Positions 12,913 to 24,362 of a stretch of 64,000 nucleotides of DNA are shown here, piece by piece (within the stretch, counting starts at the first letter, position 1; every line of letters starts with the position of its first letter). The DNA comes from Epiperipatus broadwayi. Lineage: Eukaryota; Animalia; Onychophora. A program made the translations under genes and the position numbers. The stretch lies in contig JAQFVV010000010.1 of NCBI GenBank assembly GCA_028023455.1, positions 16,182,001 through 16,246,000 on the forward strand, written 5' to 3'. Under the pieces are notes generated by a model, which was given only the letters and a program-made list of their open reading frames with translations, was not told the DNA's origin and did no database searches.

Positions 12913-14313
12913 TAGAAATATAATTTCTAATGGCAATTTATATGTAATTTTAATGTGTTTAAAGAAGTTATACTTTCCTATACTTTCAAATAGACCTATA
13001 TCATTTAAGAATTATTTGTAGAAAGATGGAATTAGGTTTGTTTGTTGTTTTTTTTGCAAAGTTTAAACTTATCTGAAATCTACCAATCATTACTTAACAA
13101 AGTTTTTTTTTTTTTTTTGATAAAATATATTTTATTATTGATAATGGAGAAAAGAGTTTTCTGAGCCAAAAATTAGTCTATGTAAATACTATGAGATTGG
13201 ATTGTTTTTGAGATTATATAGTACTGTATATTATAGTTTTCTGATTCTAGAATATGTCTAAAGAAATACTATGAGGCAGAATTATATATATGGTAAAAAA
13301 AGAAATAGATGGAAATCTCTAAATGGCAATCTCTAAATATGTTGTGTGTCTCCCAGCAGTAGAAGCAAGAAAAATAATATATGAGCATCTTGCTTTTAGT
13401 GATTTATGTTTATAATGATGGATAATTTATAACAATCCAGATTAATAGATAGTATATCACAGTGCAAATCTTATATATTTCAGGTTATAGAAGTAAATTT
13501 GTAACACATTTATACTTATAATTACTTATAGAATATTTTCAAAGTTTTTCTTCGCTAGAGATTGAAGGATATCAATCAGTCAATGGTTCCAATTCACTGA
13601 TAATCATTAAAAAAAAAATTATATTAAACTTAGAAACAATATAATTAATGGCATTTTCACCATTAATTAAACTGGAATGTAAAAAAAACTGCATGAAAAG
13701 AAAGCCATTGACAATATACCAAAAAAAAAAAAAAAAAAATTTGAAAAGCACTTTGCATCATGGGATATCTATATTATAAGTAAAACATTTCAAATTATAA
13801 AAATGAACAATACTAAAATCAAATGTAAAATCTGAAATATTTATTTTAAAAATATATACAATTTTTTTATTTTATTTATGTTAAATTGCATAACGAACAT
13901 TTATATTTGATAATTGTAATAATATTTAATTTTTATTTGATAATTAAGTAGTAAGAATATATGCATGCAATCAATATTTCTCCGCATAATAATAAATCTG
14001 TAAAATGTAAAGTACATATATATAAAATTCCATGCATGAATTCAAATAATATAGAATAGAAATGGGAAGTTATTCAAGTCATTTAAATAAGGAGATTACA
14101 TTAAAGAAAAATTATAAGATGTGTGGGAGAGTAGCATTAAAATCAATTCCAATACATTATATTGTTTACTTAATGGCGATCTTATTAAATCTGTTGTCAG
14201 AGATTCTAAATGTTTTGTAGAATTAACAAAGAATGTGAAAATATCCAAAATTCACCTATCATGTGCTATAATGTGGAAAGTGAATATATCTAGTAATAAA
14301 GTATGGTCTATTG

Positions 14314-14759
14314 CAGGGTTCAGCAAACTTTTTAACATGAAGCACCATTTTGTTTTTATGTTTACGCACCCCACCACCCCCGTTAAAAAGCCACAAGGAA
14401 AGAGGTTAACCTCCTCGTGAAAATATGTTCATGAAAAATGTGAATTTCTGAATAAATGTGAATATATTTGAATATTTATTTTAGTAGAGAACATAATAGA
14501 ATCTGTAATGTCCTAACAAAAATAAAAATTCTTTAAATAAAAACTCATCAAATACAATAATTACTAGTCTACAATAAGACTGAATTCAAGAAACAATGTT
14601 ATAATACACATTTGTCCTCTCCTAGAGTTATCAAAATATTTATGTACAAATTTCTAGAGGAAATAAAAAATGGGTTTATGTTTATCATGGTAAAAAGAGC
14701 CATGAGATTGGGATCAAAGAGCCATATTTGGCACACAAGCCACAGTTTGTTGATGCCTA
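14314..14759 (+). mobile_element. hAT MITE (MER58/Charlie-like ends) with 8-bp TSD
   Basis: Left TIR CAGGGTTCAGCAAAC; right end ...ATTTGGCACACAAGCCACAGTTTGTTGATGCCTA; flanks GTCTATTG (14306-14313) and GTTTATTG (14760-14767). Confidence 0.75.
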
Positions 14760-14859
14760 GTTTATTGTAAAAAAAAGTTTGAGTCACAAACAACTCTTCC
14801 TTCTGATAAACACAGACTGATGGAATAAGTGGAGTTTTATTATCACTATTTAATAAAAT

Positions 14860-15900
14860 ATATATGTGCTTGGCGCACAGATAATGAAGTTAGTAAAAGC
14901 AAATAATGCTCTGCAATTTAGTGAACTGAGTACTTTTGTGAGACTTTGTGCTCCCATAATCATATGTACTGAAGTGTGGAGAACTATACAAATTTAATAT
15001 GCTAATTACTATGAAGTGATTAAAGATACCATTTTGCATGAGAGAAAAACATGCATCTCATTTGTTGATTGATGTTGGATCACTTGCTATATAGTATACT
15101 TCTTTTACCTTCCATTTGGTGTCGTTTCTCTCAGAACAAACAACAATTGCTGTAGTTCATTGGAAAACATGGCCAGTCATGTTCAGCAAAAATTGAATTA
15201 CCTTCTAGTTTAGTTATAGTCTTATTATAAAGGTATTTGTGATGTGCTATTCTGGTTGCAATGTTAGTCCTGGTTTCTCTGTATTATGATGCTTGGCAAT
15301 TATTCTGGGGGCATGAAGTAAATATTTAATTACATCACTATTCAATAGAAAAAGTTTCTTTAAAAATTAATGATTTGAAAAAAACAAAAACAATATAAGA
15401 ACCATCTATAAAGAATGGGTATTTAACATATATCATTATGAAAACTTGAAATAGACAAAAAAAAAAACGACAAAAAAATAAATAAAAAATAAAATCTTGC
15501 CCTCTACAAAACCTAAATTTGAAGTATTGAAAAATAGGGAAGGACATATATTAATGAAACTAGATGTTCTTTCAAAATAATTAAAACAATATAATGATTA
15601 GAGAGGAAAAATGTATGTATATTATAGCCAACCATACATGAATGAATGAACATACATTTTATTGGGAAAACACAGGAATATTGGGCAAGAAGACAAAAAT
15701 AGAAAAGAAGAAAATTTAAGGCAGCTGCTCACACGATATTACAATCTAGTGTGATAATCTACAATGTTTGGAAATCACTCATTAACTCTGTGCTTAAAAG
15801 GAAAAGATTTAGAAATCATAAAAAAACTTTCATAGATAAGTACATAAAATTTCTATGGATTGTTGCCTTTAAAAGAGTACCATTTGATATTCAGTATTCA
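14860..15900 (+). pseudogene. Possible decayed LINE ORF2 C-terminal remnant
   Basis: TFVRLCAPIIICTEVW resembles the LINE 'P(I/V)LxYGxEVW' motif, followed by purine-rich broken frames. Confidence 0.3.
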
Positions 15901-16246
15901 CATATCTAAATTTTACTGTTTCAATTCCCATGCTAGCTGTTCAGCAGCACCTAAAGAAAATGAAAGAACTCAAAACATTATGTTCTAGCAGTCGAATGTA
16001 TTCAGAAAAATATAAATAAATTTTAAATTTTTCCAAAAACATTTAACAATTTGACTACATAATGAAAATAGTCAATACAACATATAACTATTATTTGATT
16101 GAATGCAAATATAATTTATATACTCGAGAGTTTAGATATAACCATAAGGGACTTAACCACAGACTTTCAAGCTCCCTTCAGCTATCTACTCTATCTCATA
16201 CAACTGATATATGTGACTGCACACATGTGAAAAAGATAAATGATCT

Positions 16247-16288
16247 CTAATATACATATTTTGTGCTGAACAAGTATACATCAGTTGG
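16247..16288 (-). ncRNA. Family A hammerhead motif, decayed
   Basis: CCAA-CTGATGT-ATACTTGTTCAGCAC-AAAA-TATGTA-TA-TTAG: A9 mutated, and GAAA to AAAA consistent with CpG decay of CAGCAC|GAAA. Confidence 0.6.
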
Positions 16289-17049
16289 TCCAGATCATCA
16301 TCTCCCATACATGTGTACAATCAGTGCTTGAATATATAGTAAGATAGAAAATCTTCAAACTTTAATGGACAGGCTTCAATCTACTCAACCCTCCAACTTT
16401 TCAGCTATCCATACCACTAAAAATCTGATGATGAACTGCCCATATCTCTTGTTGATGCCAATATTATTGTTATGCCCATGTTGACTTTAAGTCATTCTGA
16501 TCCTCATGTATAGGACCCTATACATTTGAGTATATAGAAGAGGGATGGGCATAATTCAGGCTGAATTTGTAATATTTGATTGAATACAAGTATAATTTAT
16601 ATACATGGAGTTTAGATGAAACCATAAGGGACTTAAGCACAAACTTTCCAGCTCCCTTCAACTATGAGATAGAGAAGATAGATGAAGGGAGCTTAAAGTC
16701 TGTTCTTAAATGTGTTAAAGCTACATCTAAACTTCATATATATAAATTATATTTGTATTCAATCAAATATTACAAATTCAGCCTGCATTCTGTCTATCCT
16801 TCTTCTGTATATTTAAATGGATAAGATTCTATAAATGAGGGGTCAGAATGATTTAAAGTCATCATATTGACAATAATATTGGCATCAACAAGAGGTTTGG
16901 GGGTTCCATCATTAGATTTTTAATGGTATGGATGGCTGAAGAGTTGGAGGATGAAATAGATTGAAGTGTCCCATTGAAGTTTGAAGATTTGCTATATTAA
17001 TATATATCAAGCACTGATTATATAAATCTATTGGAGATGATGACCTGGA

Positions 17050-17092
17050 CCAAAATGATGAGTGCTGATTCAGTATAAAATATGTATATTGG
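17050..17092 (+). ncRNA. Family A hammerhead motif, decayed
   Basis: CCAA-AATGATGA-GTGCTG-ATT-CAGTAT-AAAA-TATGTA-TA-TTGG; core substitutions at C3 and G12. Confidence 0.6.
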
Positions 17093-17893
17093 GGGATCAT
17101 TTATTTTTTTCAGGTGTGTGGTCATGTGTATCAGTTGTATGAGATACAGCAGATAGCTGAAGGGAGCATGAAAGTCTGTGCTCAAGTTCATTATAGTTAC
17201 ATATAACTATTAGTAAAACATTATTTTCATAAACCTCCAGGCAAACAATTTCATAATTGTTGATATATTCCAAGTTCTATTTTTTTTTTTGTTTGTTTGT
17301 TTCACCTCTAATTCATAATGTTGCTGGTCAACACTTTACATTCAAACTTCTTTTTTTTCCCCCAATCAAAGAACCATTAGCCTTTCTTCATGAATTATTC
17401 AATGAAGGAATAGTAATTAGTTAAATTTAATTCTCCATAATTCATTCTAGCCTTTTCTTTAAAAAATATAGTTTCTCTATTCATTTTTGGCTCATGTAAA
17501 TCTTCAAATATCATCAATATTATTTACACTATGTGTAGCAATTTTCAATAACTTCTCTCAACACATGTATCTTTTATTATCAGAACATTGGTTTTTGATT
17601 TTCAACCAAAAATTATTATCGCCATCCCCAACTTTTTATCTTTTTTAAAGTCTAAAATTTGTTTTCTGTTGAATACATTTATTATATTTAGAATGGAGCA
17701 TCCTCACTCTGCTTTTCACTTATCAAATGTTATTCAGAACATAACTGTTTGACTAATTAGTGATTTATTTCTATGTATTCTTCTCATTTCCTCTTTTATG
17801 GTATTTTTTCCTCCAGGGTATTAAAATCACTGTTCTTTTGAACTTGTTTCACTAGTTGCTCCTTTCTTTAAAAGTATATGCTTTTTAAAAATA

Positions 17894-18259
17894 CCCAGAG
17901 GCTAAACTCTCCATACAATAGCGCTACTCAGTGCAAGCCAGAATAATCAAGGAATGCAAGAAGTTTCATGCATAAAATCCCTACCAATGCCCACTCATCA
18001 AATATCCCCAGACTAGTTTTTAGCTTGTGGCTTTCATCAGTAAGGAGTCTTGGATCTAAGAGCACTGCACTTAGATCTCAGGATCTAATACGATCCTCCA
18101 GCAGCCACCCTTTACCTTATTTGCTAACTATAAAGCTTTGAGTCCAAAATGATGTTTTCAATTCAAGCTCATTAGCTTGTATAGATCTGAACTCAGTTCA
18201 GCATCCATACTTTTTTGTGTCTTTGGTTCTTTAATACCCACAGCCACCATAATCCAGTT
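17894..18259 (-). mobile_element. Family B: 366-bp hammerhead-bearing retro-insertion with LINE-like 3' tail
   Basis: Flanked by CTTTTTAAAAATA (17881-17893) and CTTTTTTAAAATA (18260-18272). The ~100 bp at its 3' end matches 29140-29250 (3' of a LINE) and 20405-20455. Confidence 0.65.
18005..18046 (-). ncRNA. Type-I minimal hammerhead motif (second family), core partly decayed
   Basis: TCCTTA-CTGATGA-A-AGC-CACAA-GCT-AAAAA-CTAG-TC-TGGGGA: 6-bp stem I with two G-U pairs, stem II AGC/GCT, palindromic stem III ACTAGT, GUC cleavage triplet. The GAAA position reads AAAAA. Confidence 0.6.
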
Positions 18260-19369
18260 CTTTTTTAAAATAGCCTTTTATTACTCACTTTGATTACTTT
18301 CCAATTCTATTCAATCTTTTTTGTGTTACTTAAAAATGAAATTTTATCTGAAAATTTCGATGCTCCTGTATATTTATATATTTTTAAATACTTGCTGTAC
18401 ATTAAATAATGTAATTTTATATATTATAAAAATATTTTTAAAATTTATTTTTTCTTCCTTCAGATAAAATAAATATAATTTGTATATGATTTGCCACTTT
18501 CGATGCACCATATATATAAAATCATAAGTGACTATTAATTTGGATGAAATATCAGAGTTCCTTTTAGTAGTTTTCTTTTTGTTTTTAAAATCTGATGTCA
18601 CACTATATTGCCTACTCTAAATCTTTTTCTTGTAGGCAGCAAATGTATTATATAATTTAATATAAGGTGTCAAATATTTTAAGTTTTGTATTTTATTTAT
18701 TTATTATATTTTTCATAGTTTTATTTATAGATACAAGTGCAGTTAATTTTTTAAATAATTTAGATTTTGTGCATAGTAAAAGATTTATATATTTTTATAA
18801 CAAGTTTATTTTTATGTCTAATATCATGACTAATAGAATTAACAGACTTTTTAATTTGCTGTTTAATTTTATCTATTAAAACATTAACGTTATCTGTATT
18901 ACTGTTATTAATAAGCTTTTATGATACTTAATTTTTAAAATTAAATGCTTGAGGGCATACAAGTCCGGCATTTCAAAGGACTAAATTATTATTAATTCAT
19001 CATTTGCTATATAGATGGTGCTTTATATCACAATAATTACATATGTTGCAATTATAGTTTATTTATGTGTTTGTACATAATTCATAAAAAATATAATGAA
19101 ACAACTTTTTTTCTCCTTGGAGGTACTTCTGTCTTCTTCGATGTTGTAAATTGCATTATTAAAAACAAAACTGCACTAATGAGTTATTTTCTGACTTATT
19201 ATTATTTCTTTAATTTATTATTAAAATCACTGAGAAATATTAAATTCTCTTAAGAACTTTTTTAAAATAAAAAAAAGAATTATTTTAGATTCAAAAGATA
19301 ATAAATATATATTTATTTTTCAAAGATATTTATTGATTAATCAAAAAATTACATTATGTTATCTTGATA

Positions 19370-19603
19370 ACTGAAACCCACAGGCTTATTATATACCTGT
19401 GTTTATATATGTATTATATAGGGTATATGAGCACAAATATACATATTTCATGCTAAAACAGCAATCATCAGTTGGTCCAGATTACCATCTCTACACAGGT
19501 GATTATTTATCTTTTCAACATATATGTGTTCAAGTGTATCAGTGTTATGAGATAGTGTGGAAAGTGATGGGTCGTGTGAAAGTCTGTGCTCATATACCCT
19601 ATA
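19370..19603. mobile_element. Family A locus 3: 234-bp rearranged/inverted insertion with 15-bp TSD
   Basis: 19370-19490 is in one orientation and 19498-19603 in the other. TATGTTATCTTGATA at 19355-19369 and 19604-19618. Confidence 0.9.
19434..19475 (-). ncRNA. Family A hammerhead motif (core intact, stem I 3' strand cut by rearrangement)
   Basis: CCAA-CTGATGA-TTGCTG-TTT-TAGCAT-GAAA-TATGTA-TA-TT, then a deletion junction. Confidence 0.65.
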
Positions 19604-20404
19604 TATGTTATCTTGATATATATAATAATCCCCTCCCCCCACTAAATTATTCTTTTATCATTATGGAGTTAGTATTTAATTTGTTGAAAAAAGTGTTTGT
19701 GTTTTCTTGGGATATGGTTGCACATAAAAGTTCACCTTACTCACCATAATGCATATAAATCAAAGATTCTTAACCTGAGGGCAGCAAAAAATAACCCTTT
19801 GAATATAAGTGATGTCATCAAAACAAATATATCCAAAGAAGAAATGAGTTTGCTTTTCCCTATCTCTATGGCTTAACCAGAATTTACAAATATTACCAAT
19901 GAAGTAATACAGTGACTTCTATTTCTAAATAACTCTTAAAAATGCTTCATACTGTATAGGAGAAAAATAAAAATCTGGAAATAGATCTTAATTGTATTAA
20001 TTAATCTAAATTTGTACAACACATTTAATAATACTATTGTCAGTAATTATTAAATTATTAGCAGCTACTCAAAAGAATATAACCATTCTAATTTAAGAAG
20101 AAAAAAAGGAAAGAGAATGAGAGAAATCAAAAAAACAAAAACTTGAAACACCAAATATATACACATTTATTACAATCCTCATCTTTAATTTGTTTAATCA
20201 ACTTTTGTAAAGCAAGCATTTCAAATTCTTCAGGAGGCTTTTTCAACATTTTGGCCAATCGTTGCTTTCCATTGCATTCTGTCTTCATCTTTGGCCTGCC
20301 ATTATGTCTGCCTTTTCCATAAAAATCATGCTTGAATATAACATAAAATATTTGTTTTAGGAACTGCTCGCTTATTTCACATGTCAAATTCAACAAACTG
20401 TCTT

Positions 20405-20455
20405 TAAAACAGAGACAAAACTCTCTGTACAGTAATGCCACTCAGTGCAAACATA
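20405..20455 (-). repeat. Isolated family B / LINE 3' tail fragment
   Basis: aaaacagagacaaaactctctgtacagtaatgccactcagtgcaa matches 17895-17940 and 29140-29185; it sits at a TTTAAAA site. Confidence 0.7.
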
Positions 20456-21721
20456 GGCGATAGTGATCATGTAGTGTTTAATGGTTTGAAACTGTGTCTT
20501 TTCGATATCATTACATTCAGTAATTAAAAAAAATATATTAATTGATTTTATGATCTTGCTATCATACTTTCAGAATATTACAGAACTGTAATCCATTTTA
20601 CTAAAAGAAATTATTTGAATTCTTGAATGATTATTCAAAAGATGATTAAAATACTCTCATCTGTTCACAACATCATTATGTAAAAATGGTGCCACTGTCT
20701 ATTTAGTAAGATTGTACATCACTTTCAGTACTTCAAAAAGATTTCAAGCAGCCATGATTAGCGTATGACTGTATTTTTTGCAGTTTTAATCCATTAGTTA
20801 TTTAAAAAAAAAAAATTTCTCATTCATCAAACTTCTACATTTAGATTCCAGTAATGCATATGAAGCTCCATTTTTATTTTGCCAAACAGAGAATTCCACA
20901 TATTTTAATCATTTCACTAATATACAAACATTTTCAGAGAACCAAGCAGGATTTTTCTTTTTAATAAAGTAGAAGCAAAATTATTCATATTCACCTCACA
21001 TTATTCAAATTGATAGTTTTATTGATTAAAAACTTTTGGAATTCTAGTAGGGTTGATTATGGGGATTATTTTTTAATGCAACTATTATTTTAATCTTAGA
21101 GAATACTAATCTATTATATATTCAACAATTTGCACTTTTAAGTGCCTATGACATATTGATTTCTTTCTTTCTAATCCCAATCTCTTAACTGTAACAATAA
21201 TACCCAAGATGTTATTGCTTTGAGTATGGCTTTAATAAAGTTTTTTTATTAGTTATTTTTCTGTATAAATAAAATATTCGATTTAGTCAACAAGACCATT
21301 TGAAATTCAAAATCCAATATCATTAGTTCCAATAATTTTGAGTCATAATTTTCTGTTGAGACCAATGTCTGTATGAAAGTTCCTTCTTCTTGAAATTGTT
21401 ACTACAACACTATTTGATAAAGAATAAAAGCTTTTTTTCTAAATTTTCTGAATCTTATTTTGGAATATTAAGTACTAATACCAAAGCATAAAATAATTAA
21501 TAATATTATTAGCCTTATTTTTATGCAGATTTTTTTAATGCGGTTTTGAAGTTATGCGATTCATGTTTCTTCTTAATATCTTTTTGTGCGGTTTTCTTTT
21601 ATGTGATAAAAAGTTCATATTTCACTTAAAATTGGGATTCCCCATTTTATATACACATATTAAATTTTACATACTTTAAATGCCTGTTGGAAAAAGATTT
21701 GACAATAAATTTAGATACCAT

Positions 21722-23761
21722 TGTAACGATATATAAATATGTCGTTACATTAATTTAAAATAAAAACTTAAAAGTTCGCAAATAAAAGTAAAAAACTAAA
21801 CGCTAAAATTAAAATGTTTGTTAAACGTATATACATTCACACAGATGCCAAACTTTAAGAATATTTTTTTTTAAAAAAAACAACAAATGAATAAGTATTT
21901 GAACGTACTTTTTTTTATAAAAAAAAAAAGTACAAGATTTAAAAATAAAAACAGGTATTAATTAATTCTTGTAATCTGTAAATGGAAATGATTGTTTATA
22001 AATTGTTTGAAAAGCAAGCTAGCCTTGGGCTCTTGTATAATTAAAATGATCTGATGAAAGATAGATAAGAAGAAAAGAGAAATTAGCTTGACCAATGGAA
22101 GCACTAAGCCTTGGCTCGGACCCTAACGAAAGTGATGGATTAGTGACGTTTTGTTGATTGAATCCGTGTGGATAATATAAAAAGGGAAATACAGTTTTTT
22201 CGGACAGTTCCAGGTGGTGTGTTTGAGAGTTGTGGTAGGACGCACATACCACCCTCTCTAGTTAAAAAAATTATAAAATGAAAAGACTGTGATACAAGAA
22301 TGGAACCAGCTAATGCTACCTCCAGAACATTATCTTCCAATGGAGATGTCGCGGGAATTAAAAACAGGAACCTGGACTCTTCTACTGTAAGCTATATTGA
22401 CATGAACTCTAAATTTAAAAATAACTAAGAACTTTCGTTCAAGCTTATGAACTTCTATCTGACTTTTAAGTTTAAAATCAATTAATAATGTTTAATTTTA
22501 TATGTTTTCCGATTGATAAAAATCATTTCCATTTTTTTTTCTCTTATTGTATAAATTATTTGTTGTTTAAATTTTAAATGAGGGAATTTAAGGTTGGGTA
22601 TAGACGTTGCATAGATTCGTTAGCGGTTGATAATGTTGTGGTTTTCACATTCGATTAGAATATATGTCAACGATATCACTGCAAGCATCTTACGATGAAT
22701 GCTAATGGGATTTGTATATTCCCTATGCAAGTGACGTTTATCGATGACTTTGTATTTTGATCGGTTGTGTTTAATTTGGAATGTTTTTGACCGTGGAATC
22801 TGGGCAGCTGATCTGTACTCAACATTTTAAAACAAATTTTATAAAATGCATTTGTGCGAATGTATCTAAATGTTAAATTTAAGTCGGGTGTGAATGGCTA
22901 TATAGTTTTGTAAAGTTATATTAAGGGAGGGTAATCTTAGGTTATTCATTTCGTAGTTGAATTGGTTCAATGGATTGGATATATTTGTGTAATTGTAGAT
23001 GTAGTATGAGGTCCGCTATGGGCAGGATTATAGATATATGCCACACACCCTCTGTTTGCCTATGGATGGGTTTGTAAGTCGGCAGAAGACCGCAGTCCAT
23101 TCCTATGGAGTTTTTTGTTTATTGTTCTACTTGCCAACAGATGTAACATTCCTGTTGGTGGAGAGTCAATGTCTTCTCTAATTCTACTTACTGTTCAGAT
23201 GTACTTTCCTGACAGTATAGTATTTTGTGTTGTCGTATCATGCTACATTGAATACATGAATGTATCAGATGGATTGGCGCCAGTTGATTGCGAAATTTGT
23301 GGCCTAAGGTTAAATCAGGGAAGAATATTTTCTTTTCAAATGCAGATCTATGTAGTCTATTCATACTTGACTATCTAAATAAAATATTAAACTCATTGAA
23401 ACTTAGTTAAATGTAAAATTAAAAGTTAATATAAAAATCTAAAATGTTAAACTTATTCCTCAAAATTTAAATGTTATTTTATATGTGCGTAAATAAATAT
23501 TTTTATGTGTTAATTTCTGGCAGTGGCTTTTATTTATTGATATTTAAGATATAAATTAAGATATAGATTTTTATCTCTGCGTCTCCGCTGAGCTAGTGAC
23601 TTGGGCTAACGATCGGAATATTTAAATAAAGTGGAATCTTAACAGCGCGTATCTGCCTACTCTATAAATTTTTCTAGGTTTAAATGCCTAGATGGTGCCT
23701 TGTAGAGCAGATATTGTTTTTGTGGTTAGATTTGATCTTCACTTTCATTTCGATCATTATA
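21722..23761 (+). repeat. 5' LTR (2040 bp)
   Basis: Direct repeat of 24363-26400; AATAAA at 23625-23630; followed by PBS. Confidence 0.93.
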
Positions 23762-23763
23762 AT

Positions 23764-23781
23764 TGGCGCCCAACGTGGGGC
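23764..23781 (+). promoter_or_regulatory. Primer-binding site complementary to the tRNA-Lys 3' end
   Basis: TGGCGCCCAACGTGGGGC, 2 nt after the LTR end. It is the 18-nt complement of the tRNA-Lys1,2 3' end (GCCCCACGUUGGGCGCCA). Confidence 0.92.
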
Positions 23782-24362
23782 TCGACCTCAGAGATTGACC
23801 CTGAGAAGGGGAATTGATGATGATGAAATTTTCTATCTTTAATAAACACGAGTGCCCTGAGAATTTTAAAAGTGAATCATGCCCGTAAATTTTTTCTGAA
23901 ATTGTATAAATATATTTGTTGTATTGACGTGGAGTTACAGTTTGAAATTTTGTCTTAAAAGTGCTGCCAGTAAGAAAAATTGCGCATATGTAGAGATAAA
24001 TTCGAGGAATAAAAACTAATAAATAAAACGTAATAATAAATCTAAATCATTTTTTTTTTAAAAAAAAAAGTCTTGTATAAATTAAAATCTAATCGTTCAA
24101 CTTGCCTAAGTAATAGTTAAAGGTAGGAGAAATGAAACTTGGAAGGGAGGGGGCAGAAATTTAGCTGGTAATAAGGAATCAACAGTCAACATTTTTTTTA
24201 ATCATTATATTTGTGTGTAATTACTGTTTTGTCTTGTAAAAAAAAAAAAGTTTTGTCCTTTTGAAATTTTCATATATAATCAATTTGTGTAACGTAATTA
24301 CTAACACTAAGTAAATTCTTTTTTTTTTTAATGTTTTTGTTTTTTGAGGAAGTTTACTGATA

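Larger units (their letters stand above)
16094..17198. mobile_element. Family A locus 2: ~1.1-kb fold-back (palindromic) insertion with 14-bp TSD
   Basis: About 16130-16663 and 16675-17198 are reverse-complement copies centred near 16670. ACATATAACTATTA flanks both sides (16080-16093, 17199-17212). Confidence 0.9.

Noticed and set aside
20127-21490. 104-aa minus ORF and upstream frames as a host exon or a LINE ORF2
   Set aside because: Only weak LINE-linker echoes (PAWFSEN) and no diagnostic motif; left uncalled.
23115-23378. 87-aa ORF repeated at 25755-26018, and minus ORFs 22019-22340 / 24657-24893
   Set aside because: They are repeated only because they lie in the two LTRs; non-ATG starts and no recognisable domain.
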